Shown: positions 8,334 to 17,256 of the stretch, piece after piece
Position numbering within the stretch: position 1 is the stretch's first letter
How the letters are laid out: each line of letters opens with the position of its first letter
Program-made: the position numbers and the translations under genes
From: a virus
Virus record (IMG/VR): IMGVR_UViG_3300027554_000002
DNA length: 56,713 nt
Reading direction: 5' to 3' (one strand)
Notes under the pieces: model-generated
Databases searched by the model: none
What the model was told of the DNA's origin: nothing
The model's input: the letters and a program-made list of their open reading frames with translations, nothing else

Positions 8334-8615
8334 ATGTTTACACATATAAAGCTCTTCAATACTACATACTTAATTCCAATAACGAAAGTAGGCGAACCTG
8401 CGCCTACTGCTAAGACACCAATTGAGTCTATTAATATTGACCCGAATACATTACCCACTGAGGAGCAAGTTATATCATATTATAATGACAATAAAATGCG
8501 CTTCGATGGGATGCAGCATGTTCTCTATTTAGCAGAGAACAATTCAAATATGGCTTCAGCACAGCCATACCACTTTAGGAAGTTAACTATAGGAGAGTCA
8601 CATGGCTCTAAGTAA
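8334..8615 (+). CDS. Hypothetical protein (93 aa)
   Basis: ORF track; tightly packed. Confidence 0.5.
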   Translation: MFTHIKLFNTTYLIPITKVGEPAPTAKTPIESINIDPNTLPTEEQVISYYNDNKMRFDGMQHVLYLAENNSNMASAQPYHFRKLTIGESHGSK

Positions 8616-9111
8616 TAAGAAACTAGCGTCTAACATCGTAAAAGAAATTAGAGAGCTCAATAGCCGCATGGCAAGCGACCAATATAGAATGGCTAAACTG
8701 CTTTTCACATTGCATACGGGTTCGTTACATTTAGAATTTGGATATGATAATTTTGCTGAGTTCTGTGATGAAGAATTACCTTGGGGCTATAACACCGCGC
8801 TTGCGAATGTTTCTATGTTTCGAGATATTAAACGGCTTAAGTATAACCAAAAAGAAGCGATCGAAATCTTGTCGCGTCTTGGGCTTAGCCGTACACGAAC
8901 GTCATTACGTAGAATGGAAAATAAAGCAACTCCAGCCAGCCTGGAAAAGTTGTTTAAGGTAAGCGCAACAACGTTCACCGTTCATATGCCTAGCTTTACA
9001 GATATGCAACGCATAGAAAAGAAGCTGCTGAAGCATGGTTTAGATGTAGCAACTAACGGACGTCGCCTTAACATGAGTGAGACTGTTCGTATTGCATTGC
9101 TAGCCTCGTAG
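8602..9111 (+). CDS. Hypothetical protein (169 aa)
   Basis: ORF track; AGGAGAG upstream. Confidence 0.6.
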   Translation: MALSNKKLASNIVKEIRELNSRMASDQYRMAKLLFTLHTGSLHLEFGYDNFAEFCDEELPWGYNTALANVSMFRDIKRLKYNQKEAIEILSRLGLSRTRTSLRRMENKATPASLEKLFKVSATTFTVHMPSFTDMQRIEKKLLKHGLDVATNGRRLNMSETVRIALLAS

Positions 9112-9148
9112 GTAGCACTAAAGCTCAGGGACGAGCTTTATACAATGA

Positions 9149-9625
9149 ATGTTTATAACTATAATTACAGACGCATCTCACTGTCCTAATACCAGCGCAG
9201 GGGGTTACGGATTCTGGATAGCATCAAAGCGCGGTAAACGTGCTGGAGGCGGTTCTTTCCGTAACAAGATAAGAGATAGCACCACAGCGGAAGCCATGGC
9301 GATTGTTAACGCTTTACATGTAGGTCTTCAAACAGGATTGTTACAAGAAGCGGATAACTTATTAGTACAAACAGATTCTAAAAATGCCATAAAAGCTTTC
9401 CAGAAAAGACATTCCAGAATAGATGATTTGAATCATGTTGTGTCTATTTATTTAAAGATAATAGAAGATAATAACTTTTCCGTAGAATTTAGACATGTTC
9501 GCGGACATACTGGAAAGAAAGACGCACGAAGTATCACGAACAGTTTATGTGATAAGCGAGCGAAGCAGGGTATGCGTATAGCCCGCAAGAAGTTTAATAA
9601 ACAACAGGAACACATTAATGAATAA
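9149..9625 (+). CDS. RNase H-like ribonuclease (158 aa)
   Basis: ITDASHC...TTAEAMAIVNAL...VQTDSKNAI...GHTG...DKRAK matches the D-E-D-D RNase HI layout. Confidence 0.7.
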   Translation: MFITIITDASHCPNTSAGGYGFWIASKRGKRAGGGSFRNKIRDSTTAEAMAIVNALHVGLQTGLLQEADNLLVQTDSKNAIKAFQKRHSRIDDLNHVVSIYLKIIEDNNFSVEFRHVRGHTGKKDARSITNSLCDKRAKQGMRIARKKFNKQQEHINE

Positions 9626-10343
9626 AGACTTATTTCAAGTAGACGTTCTAGATCATGGCTTCGTTACGCTTCGTAACCTTTCGGGACCTACGCGTCGCCC
9701 GGGTAAGCTTTTTGATGCAAGCGATATAGACCCTGCAAATACAGCGCGGATCTCTTTCGACAATTTGGACAGCGGGCGCACATATGAGGATGACTTGAAA
9801 CTTATCGAATACCTTATTAAGAATAGCCACAATACGCCTATCGAAATGATTGAAGTGTGGTTAGAGATGAAACTACCTATATTCGTCGCGCGGCAATTTG
9901 TACGTCATCGAACGGCTTGTATAAACGAAGTCTCCGGGCGTTATGTTACGTTACCTGCCGAGTGGTATATTCCTGCTGTTGTTGGTGGCAAGCCTGTAAA
10001 CGCTAAGCAAGGGCAGGAGGATAGTTTACCTTTAGAATTACAGAAGAGATTCAAACATAATTTGAATGAGACATGTGAAAAGAGCTATGAGCGATATAAG
10101 CATCATATAAATTTCGGCGTCGCGCCTGAACACGCTAGAATGTTCCTACACTTAAATCACTATACGCACTGGGTTTGGAAACAAGATTTACATAACATGA
10201 TGCACTTCTTAGCATTGCGCGATCATAGCCATGCGCAGATAGAAGCTCAGCTATATGCCAAAGTTATTGTAGATCTATTAATAGTAGCTATTCCGGATCT
10301 AATGAAACTATACACAAAGTATAAAGCAGAAAACAATGGATAA
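9618..10343 (+). CDS. thyX: Flavin-dependent thymidylate synthase ThyX
   Basis: ThyX signature RHRTACINEVSGRY (RHR-x7-S-x-R-Y). Confidence 0.9.
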   Translation: MNKDLFQVDVLDHGFVTLRNLSGPTRRPGKLFDASDIDPANTARISFDNLDSGRTYEDDLKLIEYLIKNSHNTPIEMIEVWLEMKLPIFVARQFVRHRTACINEVSGRYVTLPAEWYIPAVVGGKPVNAKQGQEDSLPLELQKRFKHNLNETCEKSYERYKHHINFGVAPEHARMFLHLNHYTHWVWKQDLHNMMHFLALRDHSHAQIEAQLYAKVIVDLLIVAIPDLMKLYTKYKAENNG

Positions 10344-10581
10344 ACCTAAACCAGAACACTATGAAATGGTAGATCACCCGGACCATTATAATAAACATGC
10401 AAGCGGTGTCGAGTGTATAGATGTTATCGAACACATGAGTCATAACGTAGGTGCAGCAGTTAAGTATCTTTGGCGTTTAGGCTTGAAGCCTGGTAACAGT
10501 TCGGAGCAGGAGTTAGATAAAGCGATATGGTATTTGCAGCGTGAGAAAGCACGTTTCGAAAAGATGGATATAACAGAGTAA
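10336..10581 (+). CDS. DUF3310-family phage protein (81 aa)
   Basis: DHPDHYN...ECIDVIE...GAAVKYLWRLG...DKAIWYL pattern typical of DUF3310. Confidence 0.65.
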   Translation: MDKPKPEHYEMVDHPDHYNKHASGVECIDVIEHMSHNVGAAVKYLWRLGLKPGNSSEQELDKAIWYLQREKARFEKMDITE

Positions 10582-10592
10582 TATGTTATAAT
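10565..10592 (+). promoter_or_regulatory. Possible extended -10 promoter (TGGATA-N16-TATAAT with TGT immediately 5')
   Basis: Perfect TATAAT at 10587-10592 preceded by TGT; weak -35. Confidence 0.3.
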
Positions 10593-10642
10593 AGTCGGCC
10601 CGCTTCTAGTAAAGGATAAGTAATGATAAACAGGCAAACAAT

Positions 10643-11473
10643 ATGACTTCAATTTTAGGTACAGTGAATACAGAGCGGCGAGCAGAAGGCGTTCGCATGG
10701 TTATTGCAGCGGGTGAGAAAGTAGGTAAGACAACGTTTGGTGCTAGCGCACCCGCTCCATTACTTATCCCGTTAGAAGTAGGTTATGGAGGTGTTAATAT
10801 ACCCAAGAGCGCTATGCTCCAAGAGTTTGCGCAAGTAGAAGCGCTCATGACGGAGATACTAGCCCAAGCTCAGGCGGGAACATTTCCTTATAAGACCTTA
10901 ATCTTTGACAGTGCAACAGCGCTAGAACGTCAAATACACGATAGTATCTTATACATGGACTCCGCTTATAGTCCGGGCAATAAAAAAGCGGTAACGATGG
11001 AAAGCGCGTTAGGCGGTTATGGTAAAGCGTACACTTACGCGAACGAGAAGTTTAGTCGTTTCTTAAAGCAGTGCGACATATTAGCAGTATATGGCGGCAT
11101 CAATATTATTCTTACATGCCATGTATTTGCAGCAAAGCTTATAGATCCAAACGCAGGCGAATATGATTCATGGGATTTACGTCTCCATAGTCCTAAGAAT
11201 CAAAAGACATTTGGTAAGCGTGAAATGATTACTGAGTGGGCTGACATTATAGGTTTCTTATACGAGCCTATCTATGTCACTAAAGGAGACACAATGAGTA
11301 AAGGTGTAAGCGCAAACAAGGGACGTATGTTAGGCTTAAGTAGAACTCCTTCTTATATAGCGGGCAACCGTTATAGAATTGAAGGAGAGGTTCCCATTCC
11401 AGCGGATGACGGGTGGAATCATTTTGCACAAGCACTATACCAATCTTCTGGTATAGATGTATTTAAACGTTAA
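10643..11473 (+). CDS. Sak4-like / AAA_24-type RecA-fold ATPase (recombination)
   Basis: Walker A GEKVGKTT. Followed by a DUF669 gene, the usual partner. Confidence 0.6.
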   Translation: MTSILGTVNTERRAEGVRMVIAAGEKVGKTTFGASAPAPLLIPLEVGYGGVNIPKSAMLQEFAQVEALMTEILAQAQAGTFPYKTLIFDSATALERQIHDSILYMDSAYSPGNKKAVTMESALGGYGKAYTYANEKFSRFLKQCDILAVYGGINIILTCHVFAAKLIDPNAGEYDSWDLRLHSPKNQKTFGKREMITEWADIIGFLYEPIYVTKGDTMSKGVSANKGRMLGLSRTPSYIAGNRYRIEGEVPIPADDGWNHFAQALYQSSGIDVFKR

Positions 11474-11490
11474 TAGGAAAACTATTCAAG

Positions 11491-12240
11491 ATGGCATTAT
11501 TAAACTTTGACGCGAGTACAGTCGCGCCTAATGAAGGTTCACTCGGTGCAATACCAGCTGGCTGGTATAACGCTGCTATAGTGGAATCAGAAATGAAACC
11601 TGCTAAGGCTAATCCGGAGCATGCGTACTTACAACTTACATTCCAAGTATTGGACGGGCGGTATGTAGGACGTAAAATTTACGTTCGTCTAAATTTAATT
11701 AACTCTAACGAGCAGACTCGTTCTATTGCATACGCAGATCTATCTGCTATAGGGCACTCTGTTGGAGTTATTAAAATCGCAGACTCAGAAATGCTACATA
11801 ACATCCCGTTAAAAGTTCGCGCTAAGGTTAATCCAGCGCAAGGTGATTATGAAGCAAGCAACGACATCCGCGCTTACAAGAATATCAACGAAGTTGTTGA
11901 TATGGCAGATGCCGGCGGTATAGCTCCAGGTCCAGGTGCAGCACCGATGGCGCCTACAGCAGCTCCGCCTCCTGTATCAGCACCAGCACCTACAGCAGCT
12001 CCGCCCGAAGCTGGCGGAGTACCCGGAGGCCAGCCTTGGCCTCAGCCTGGAGCTGGAGCTGCGCCCGCACCTGTGCCTGGAGCTGCGCCCGCACCGTTAG
12101 CGCCTATGCCTGGAGCACCTGTGCCTGGAGCTATGCCTGGAGCTGCGCCTGTACCTGCTGCTGTACCTGTGCCTGGAGCTGTACCTGCTGCTGGCGTAGC
12201 AGGCCAGCAGCCTCCTCCTTGGACTGGTGCTACACAGTAA
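11491..12240 (+). CDS. DUF669-family (SSB-like) protein with a Pro/Ala-rich C-terminal tail
   Basis: N-terminal FDASTV...IPAGWYNAAIVESE...LQLTFQVLDGRYVGRKIYVRLNL fits the DUF669 pattern. The last ~100 aa are PGAAPAP-type repeats. Confidence 0.7.
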   Translation: MALLNFDASTVAPNEGSLGAIPAGWYNAAIVESEMKPAKANPEHAYLQLTFQVLDGRYVGRKIYVRLNLINSNEQTRSIAYADLSAIGHSVGVIKIADSEMLHNIPLKVRAKVNPAQGDYEASNDIRAYKNINEVVDMADAGGIAPGPGAAPMAPTAAPPPVSAPAPTAAPPEAGGVPGGQPWPQPGAGAAPAPVPGAAPAPLAPMPGAPVPGAMPGAAPVPAAVPVPGAVPAAGVAGQQPPPWTGATQ

Positions 12241-12248
12241 GTTCTAAT

Positions 12249-12273
12249 AACGGGGGCTATCTTAGCTCCCGTT
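12249..12273 (+). terminator. Hairpin (10-bp stem including one G-U) downstream of the DUF669 gene; no T-tract
   Basis: aacgggggct atctt agctcccgtt. Confidence 0.3.
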
Positions 12274-12291
12274 CAACCTTGTGAAACATAT

Positions 12292-13185
12292 ATGCGATAT
12301 CTAGCTGAAAAAACTGTTGCGCTAATTGAAAGCGTAATTAAAGAAGACCAAGGCAGTAGTTACCGGGATTACTTAGGTAAAGTTATTCCGCATATAGGTG
12401 ACGCATACGAAGCCGATAGCTTTCCTTTTAGATCTCATATGGGTGCTTCATTAATTGGACGCGAATGCCCTCGCGAAATTTGGTATAGCTTTCGATGGGC
12501 AACAGACAAGAAACACAAAGGGCAGTTACTAAGATTATTTAATCGCGGGCATTTAGAAGAAGCGCGTTTCATAGCAATATTATTGGCTATAGGTGTAGAG
12601 GTTTACCAGCAGGACGAGAACGGTAAACAATTTCGAGTTTCTGATGTTGATGGACATTTTGGCGGTAGCGGAGACGGTAGGTTGGTAGGCGTTCCGGACT
12701 TGCCTGAAGGTACGCATGCGCTTGGCGAATTTAAAACTGCAAACGATAGTTCCTTTAAGAAAATAAAAGCGAACGGAGTGCGAGAAGAAAAAAACGAGCA
12801 CTATGTACAAATGAATATCTATATGGGTCGCATGGGATTACCCGCGGCTCTGTATTTAGTAGTTAATAAGAATGACGATGAAATATATGGAGAGATAGTT
12901 CCGTATAACAAACTTATAGATGACGAGTACACTAACAGAGCGCATCATTTAGTGTATACAGAAACACCTCCAGCTAAAATAAATGAGAGCGTTGGTTTCT
13001 GGAAGTGCCGTTTCTGTGACCACAAACCTGTTTGTCATATGAAAGCTGTTCCGGATGTTAACTGTCGTACCTGTTCACTTTCCAAATTGTTAAAAGATGG
13101 GCAATGGGCCTGTGGTAGGACAGGTGAAATTTTAGACAAGCAAGCGCAATACAACGCATGCGAAGACCACACGAGATTAATATGA
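12292..13185 (+). CDS. Cas4/RecB-family PD-(D/E)XK exonuclease with a 4-Cys cluster
   Basis: GEFKT (E-x-K), upstream Asp motifs, one N-terminal Cys (GRECPRE) plus C-terminal CRFCDHKPVC (C-x2-C-x5-C). Confidence 0.65.
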   Translation: MRYLAEKTVALIESVIKEDQGSSYRDYLGKVIPHIGDAYEADSFPFRSHMGASLIGRECPREIWYSFRWATDKKHKGQLLRLFNRGHLEEARFIAILLAIGVEVYQQDENGKQFRVSDVDGHFGGSGDGRLVGVPDLPEGTHALGEFKTANDSSFKKIKANGVREEKNEHYVQMNIYMGRMGLPAALYLVVNKNDDEIYGEIVPYNKLIDDEYTNRAHHLVYTETPPAKINESVGFWKCRFCDHKPVCHMKAVPDVNCRTCSLSKLLKDGQWACGRTGEILDKQAQYNACEDHTRLI

Positions 13186-13793
13186 TAGATTTATACAGCA
13201 CCTTAGGCGTAGTTCGTGAAGCTAGTGCGATAGAAATTAAAAACGCTTACAAGAAACTAGCTCAGAAATACCATCCGGATAAAGACCCTAGTCCTGAAGC
13301 TACTAAAAAATTCCAAGACATTAAATTCGCATATGAAATTCTAAGCGATTCAAATCGTCGAGAAGTTTATAACGAATCAGGTATGACAGAGCAGGTACTG
13401 ACGCCTGAAGATGAAGCTAAGTTTATTGTGAACGCTTTTATTGCAAAGATAATGTCTGAAAACGAATACCAAAGCATAGACTACGCTAAGGATCTTCAGA
13501 TTAATATTAAGCGCGAAATTAAAGCAGGTAAGAAGTTTCTAAAACAGCAAGAAAAGATTCTTAGTCGCGTTCAAAAGTTATCGGGTAAGTTTAAAGGCGA
13601 TCCGTTCGTAGATCATTTGGAAGCGCAAGAACATATAATCGAAGAACGTTTAGAAGGTGTAAGCGCAAAGATAGAAGTCTTTGAATTAGCGTTAACGCTA
13701 GCAAACAGTTATGAATACTTTGGTGACATTGAAGAACTAGAAGTAAATCCTGAACGTTCATTATTAGAAATGTTGACATCTCTGCATGATTAA
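13182..13793 (+). CDS. J-domain (DnaJ-like) co-chaperone protein (203 aa)
   Basis: DLYSTLGV...IKNAYKKLAQKYHPDK with the HPD tripeptide; ATGA overlap with the upstream gene. Confidence 0.85.
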   Translation: MIDLYSTLGVVREASAIEIKNAYKKLAQKYHPDKDPSPEATKKFQDIKFAYEILSDSNRREVYNESGMTEQVLTPEDEAKFIVNAFIAKIMSENEYQSIDYAKDLQINIKREIKAGKKFLKQQEKILSRVQKLSGKFKGDPFVDHLEAQEHIIEERLEGVSAKIEVFELALTLANSYEYFGDIEELEVNPERSLLEMLTSLHD

Positions 13794-15612
13794 GCCAAGA
13801 GACTATCAAGTAGCTGCTAGGGAAAGTATATGGAAATACTTTCGAGACGGTAAAACAGGCAATCCTCTTGTGGCTATGCCTACAGGTACGGGCAAGAGTA
13901 TTGTTATAGGCGATTTCTTACAGTCTGTTTATACCCATTACCCAATGCAGAAAATAATGGTATTAACTCACGTTAAAGAGTTAATTCAGCAGAATTATGA
14001 AAAGCTCATAATGATGTGGACTAATGCACCGGCGGGAATTTATAGCGCGGGTTTAAAACGCAGAGAAGCAAACGATAGCATAACGTTTGCTGGCATAGGC
14101 TCTGTAGCTAAGCGAGCAGATGAGTTCGGCTTTGTTGATTTGTTAATTATAGATGAAGCGCATCTAGTGAGCCCTAACGAAGGGACAATGTATCAAAAGT
14201 TTATTAAAGCACTAAAGAAATTCAACCCTCATTTAAAAATTATAGGCTTTACTGCTACGACATACCGACTTAAGCAAGGCAGTCTGATCGAAGAGGACGG
14301 TTTATTCACAGATATATGTTTCGACTTAACAACACCCGAATCATTTAATTGGCTTATACAAGAGGGCTATCTTATGCCACTTGTCCCAAAGAAAACGACC
14401 TCGGAATTAGAAGTTGATGGAGTTACTAAAAGAGGTGGAGAGTTTGTTGCTAAGGATTTGCAGCTAGCAGTAGACCGGGAAGAAATAACTTTCGCAGCAC
14501 TTAAGGAAGCTATAGAGCTAGGTCACGACAGACACTCGTGGCTTGTTTTTACTACAGGTATAGAACACGCTATACACACAAACGATATGCTCATTAGCTT
14601 TGGCATAGATAGCGAAGTGGTACATTCTGGAAATAAAGACTATCCGATGCTTCCAGGCCAGCGAGATGAAACACTGCGCAAATTAAAAGCGGGCGAGATA
14701 CGTGCTGTGGTTAATAACAACGTACTCACAACAGGCTTTGATCATCCCGCAATAGATTTTATAATTATGTTGCGCCCATCTGCTTCTGCTGGCTTGTGGG
14801 TTCAAATGCTAGGACGTGGCACCAGGCCTATGTACGCGGAAGGGTTTGACTTAACTACAAGAGAGGGGCGTATACAAGCTATAGAAGCAAGCCAAAAACA
14901 AAATTGCCTGGTGGCAGACTTCGCAGGTAATACAAGACGCCTGGGTCCTATTAATGATCCAATGCTGCCAACTAAGCGAGGAAAAAAGAAAGGAGGCGAA
15001 GCTCCTGTCAAAGTTTGTGACAGTTGCGATTGCTATGTTCACGCCAGCGTTCGTATATGTGAATACTGCGGATTTGAATTTCACTTTGCAACACATCTAA
15101 ACGAAACAGCAGCAACAGACGAATTAATAAAGGCGGACTTACCTGTAGTAGAGTCGTTTAAGATTGACCACATTACATATGGCTTGCATCATAAAGCAGG
15201 CAAACCGGACAGCATGAAAGTTTCTTATTATGCTGAGTACCAGATGTTTACTGAATATGTCTGTTTAGGGCATGGCGGCTTTATGCAAAAGAAAGCAGAA
15301 AAGTGGTGGGAAGTTCGCGCTACTTATAAACGGGCTCTTGAGGGAGAGTCTTTAGATGATGACGAAGCTGTTGAAACGCCTAGCACAGTTAAGCGAGCTA
15401 TTGAATTAGCGTCCGCACGTATAGCAACGCCTACACATTTGCGTGTATGGATTAATAAGAAGTACCCGGAAATTATGGATTATTGCTTTGACGGTACGGA
15501 TTTCGGGCAGACGGACGAGATAGCAGACTCGCCTACTGCTGTCAGTATTGCTGATAACAGTGCTAATCCAGTAGTAGATGTAGCTGATTTTGTGGACGAC
15601 ATCCCATTTTAG
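13786..15612 (+). CDS. SF2 (DEAH-box) DNA helicase with a Zn-ribbon and an SSB-like acidic C-terminal tip
   Basis: Walker A MPTGTGKS, DEAH (IIDEAHLV), motif VI QMLGRGTRP, CDSCDC...CEYCG, and the C-terminus DFVDDIPF. Confidence 0.85.
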   Translation: MIKPRDYQVAARESIWKYFRDGKTGNPLVAMPTGTGKSIVIGDFLQSVYTHYPMQKIMVLTHVKELIQQNYEKLIMMWTNAPAGIYSAGLKRREANDSITFAGIGSVAKRADEFGFVDLLIIDEAHLVSPNEGTMYQKFIKALKKFNPHLKIIGFTATTYRLKQGSLIEEDGLFTDICFDLTTPESFNWLIQEGYLMPLVPKKTTSELEVDGVTKRGGEFVAKDLQLAVDREEITFAALKEAIELGHDRHSWLVFTTGIEHAIHTNDMLISFGIDSEVVHSGNKDYPMLPGQRDETLRKLKAGEIRAVVNNNVLTTGFDHPAIDFIIMLRPSASAGLWVQMLGRGTRPMYAEGFDLTTREGRIQAIEASQKQNCLVADFAGNTRRLGPINDPMLPTKRGKKKGGEAPVKVCDSCDCYVHASVRICEYCGFEFHFATHLNETAATDELIKADLPVVESFKIDHITYGLHHKAGKPDSMKVSYYAEYQMFTEYVCLGHGGFMQKKAEKWWEVRATYKRALEGESLDDDEAVETPSTVKRAIELASARIATPTHLRVWINKKYPEIMDYCFDGTDFGQTDEIADSPTAVSIADNSANPVVDVADFVDDIPF

Positions 15613-15642
15613 ATGATAATTTAAAAAGAATCACGAAAGTTG

Positions 15643-15671
15643 TTGACACCTTTATCCGATAACTAGATACT
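15643..15671 (+). promoter_or_regulatory. Sigma70-type promoter TTGACA-N17-GATACT
   Basis: Consensus -35 in the intergenic gap after the helicase. Confidence 0.55.
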
Positions 15672-15718
15672 GGCTACAGATGCAGCAAAGCATCAAACAA
15701 CTTACAGAGGGCTTAACA

Positions 15719-16339
15719 ATGAACAAGAAGCAAACATACGCAACTAAAGCAGCAGCAAAGAAAGGCGCAATTCGCGCAAACTCGAAAACTCATAACTTCG
15801 ACATTGCTGAAGTTACTTTCCAGAAAATGGAAAATGATCGTTGGATTTGGATCGACGAATGTGATCAATCAATTTTAGATCGTACCGGCGGAGCGTTTAT
15901 CCATTGCCCTCATTGTGGTATCCATTTAGAAAACGGACTGGTCGAGCATGATTACAGCATTACACAAGCTGAAGTTGATGCAGGTGAAGCTGATTACAGA
16001 AACGATACTCACGAATTGTCTTGCATGGCATGCAATGGAGAATTTGGTAACGAGCTTTCTGCTGCACCTTGGAGCGCTAAGAAAGTAACAGCACCAACTG
16101 GCGAAGGACTTAAGATCGAAAAGAATCGCCCAGTTAGTAACGGTATCGCACGTCCAAGTGTTAGCGGAAAGTGTCGTGCAGTTTGGGATACATGTGATGC
16201 GCTACTTGCAGAACATGGAGAATTTCCGAAGCCTAAAATGCTTAAAGAAGTTATAGCTAAGAGTCACCCGGAAGTAAGTCCAGTAACAGCCACAGTCCAA
16301 CTGTACCGCTGGAGAGCTTTCCAAAGTGTTGAAGGTTAA
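15719..16339 (+). CDS. Hypothetical Zn-ribbon protein (206 aa) ending in the shared C-terminal module (paralog A)
   Basis: AGAGGG RBS before ATG 15719; CPHCG...CMACNG; module at 16121..16324. Confidence 0.65.
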   Translation: MNKKQTYATKAAAKKGAIRANSKTHNFDIAEVTFQKMENDRWIWIDECDQSILDRTGGAFIHCPHCGIHLENGLVEHDYSITQAEVDAGEADYRNDTHELSCMACNGEFGNELSAAPWSAKKVTAPTGEGLKIEKNRPVSNGIARPSVSGKCRAVWDTCDALLAEHGEFPKPKMLKEVIAKSHPEVSPVTATVQLYRWRAFQSVEG

Positions 16340-16395
16340 TAAAAAGAAAGCGTCCGCAATAAGCGGGCGCTCCTTCCTAACTTGGAGATTTTAAA

Positions 16396-17151
16396 ATGAC
16401 ACGCCATGTATCAGTAGACTTAGATAATTTAAGGATAGCGTACCTGCATAATGACACCCGTATACTGCATGACATTTCTTGGATTAGTATGCGAACAGTA
16501 TCTTACTGTATTTTCCCGGTAAGCCATGATGATGGGAATTGCTTTGAACGCTTTACAGACTTGGAATTAAAATTAATTTATACGTCAATGACTGGACTAG
16601 AATGGCCACACATATTCAAACGCAAAGCTGTTATTCAAGTTCTTGTAGATATGTGCCTGGAAGCTCCGGAAACTAAAGCCAAGCTTTCTGAAACATTAGC
16701 GCAATCTGATTATGTAGACGTTAATGATGATAAAGATTGGACATACGTATATGGAGCTAAGCGTCCAACAATACAAACTGAGCTTTTCCCGTCCGTAACG
16801 GTAGCAGTAAACAAGGAAGCAGAAGCGAAAGCAGTTGCAGGTGAAACGCCAGCAGTCGCTAACAAGCCGAAGCTTAACTTGGAGCCCACACAGGGCGTAG
16901 AGCAGCGCGTAAGCACAGCAGCAGCTAAGCCTAAGCGAGCAGCCAGTAAAGCTCCTAAGGGCATTACAGCGCTTATACGTGCAGAAGCTCAGCAAGCATG
17001 GGAAGCAGCGGGCAAACCTGTAGAAAAAGACCAGTTAACAGAGATAAGAAAAGCGGTTCGTGATAAGTTTATTGAAGAAGGTGTTAATAAAAATACACTT
17101 AGCGTACAACTTTCTAAATGGCAGAAAACAATATTGGGCACTAGTAGCTAG
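16396..17151 (+). CDS. Hypothetical protein (251 aa) with a diverged copy of the shared module (paralog B)
   Basis: ORF track; GGAG upstream; module at 16951..17139. Confidence 0.65.
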   Translation: MTRHVSVDLDNLRIAYLHNDTRILHDISWISMRTVSYCIFPVSHDDGNCFERFTDLELKLIYTSMTGLEWPHIFKRKAVIQVLVDMCLEAPETKAKLSETLAQSDYVDVNDDKDWTYVYGAKRPTIQTELFPSVTVAVNKEAEAKAVAGETPAVANKPKLNLEPTQGVEQRVSTAAAKPKRAASKAPKGITALIRAEAQQAWEAAGKPVEKDQLTEIRKAVRDKFIEEGVNKNTLSVQLSKWQKTILGTSS

Positions 17152-17192
17152 ACAAAGCAAGGTAAATACACTTATACTTACCTTGCTCGCAG

Positions 17193-17232
17193 TAATTAAC
17201 TAATTAACTAACTAATTAACTAACTAATTTTA
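17193..17232. repeat. TAATTAAC / TAAC tandem repeat tract with stop codons in all three forward frames
   Basis: taattaac taattaac taac taattaac taac taatttta. Confidence 0.8.
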
Positions 17233-17256
17233 TTTAAACATAAAGGATAACTTATC

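Noticed and set aside
12036-12284. 82-aa alternative-frame ORF (Cys/Trp/Ser-rich) over the end of the DUF669 gene
   Set aside because: It is an artefact of the GC-rich Pro/Ala repeat read in another frame.
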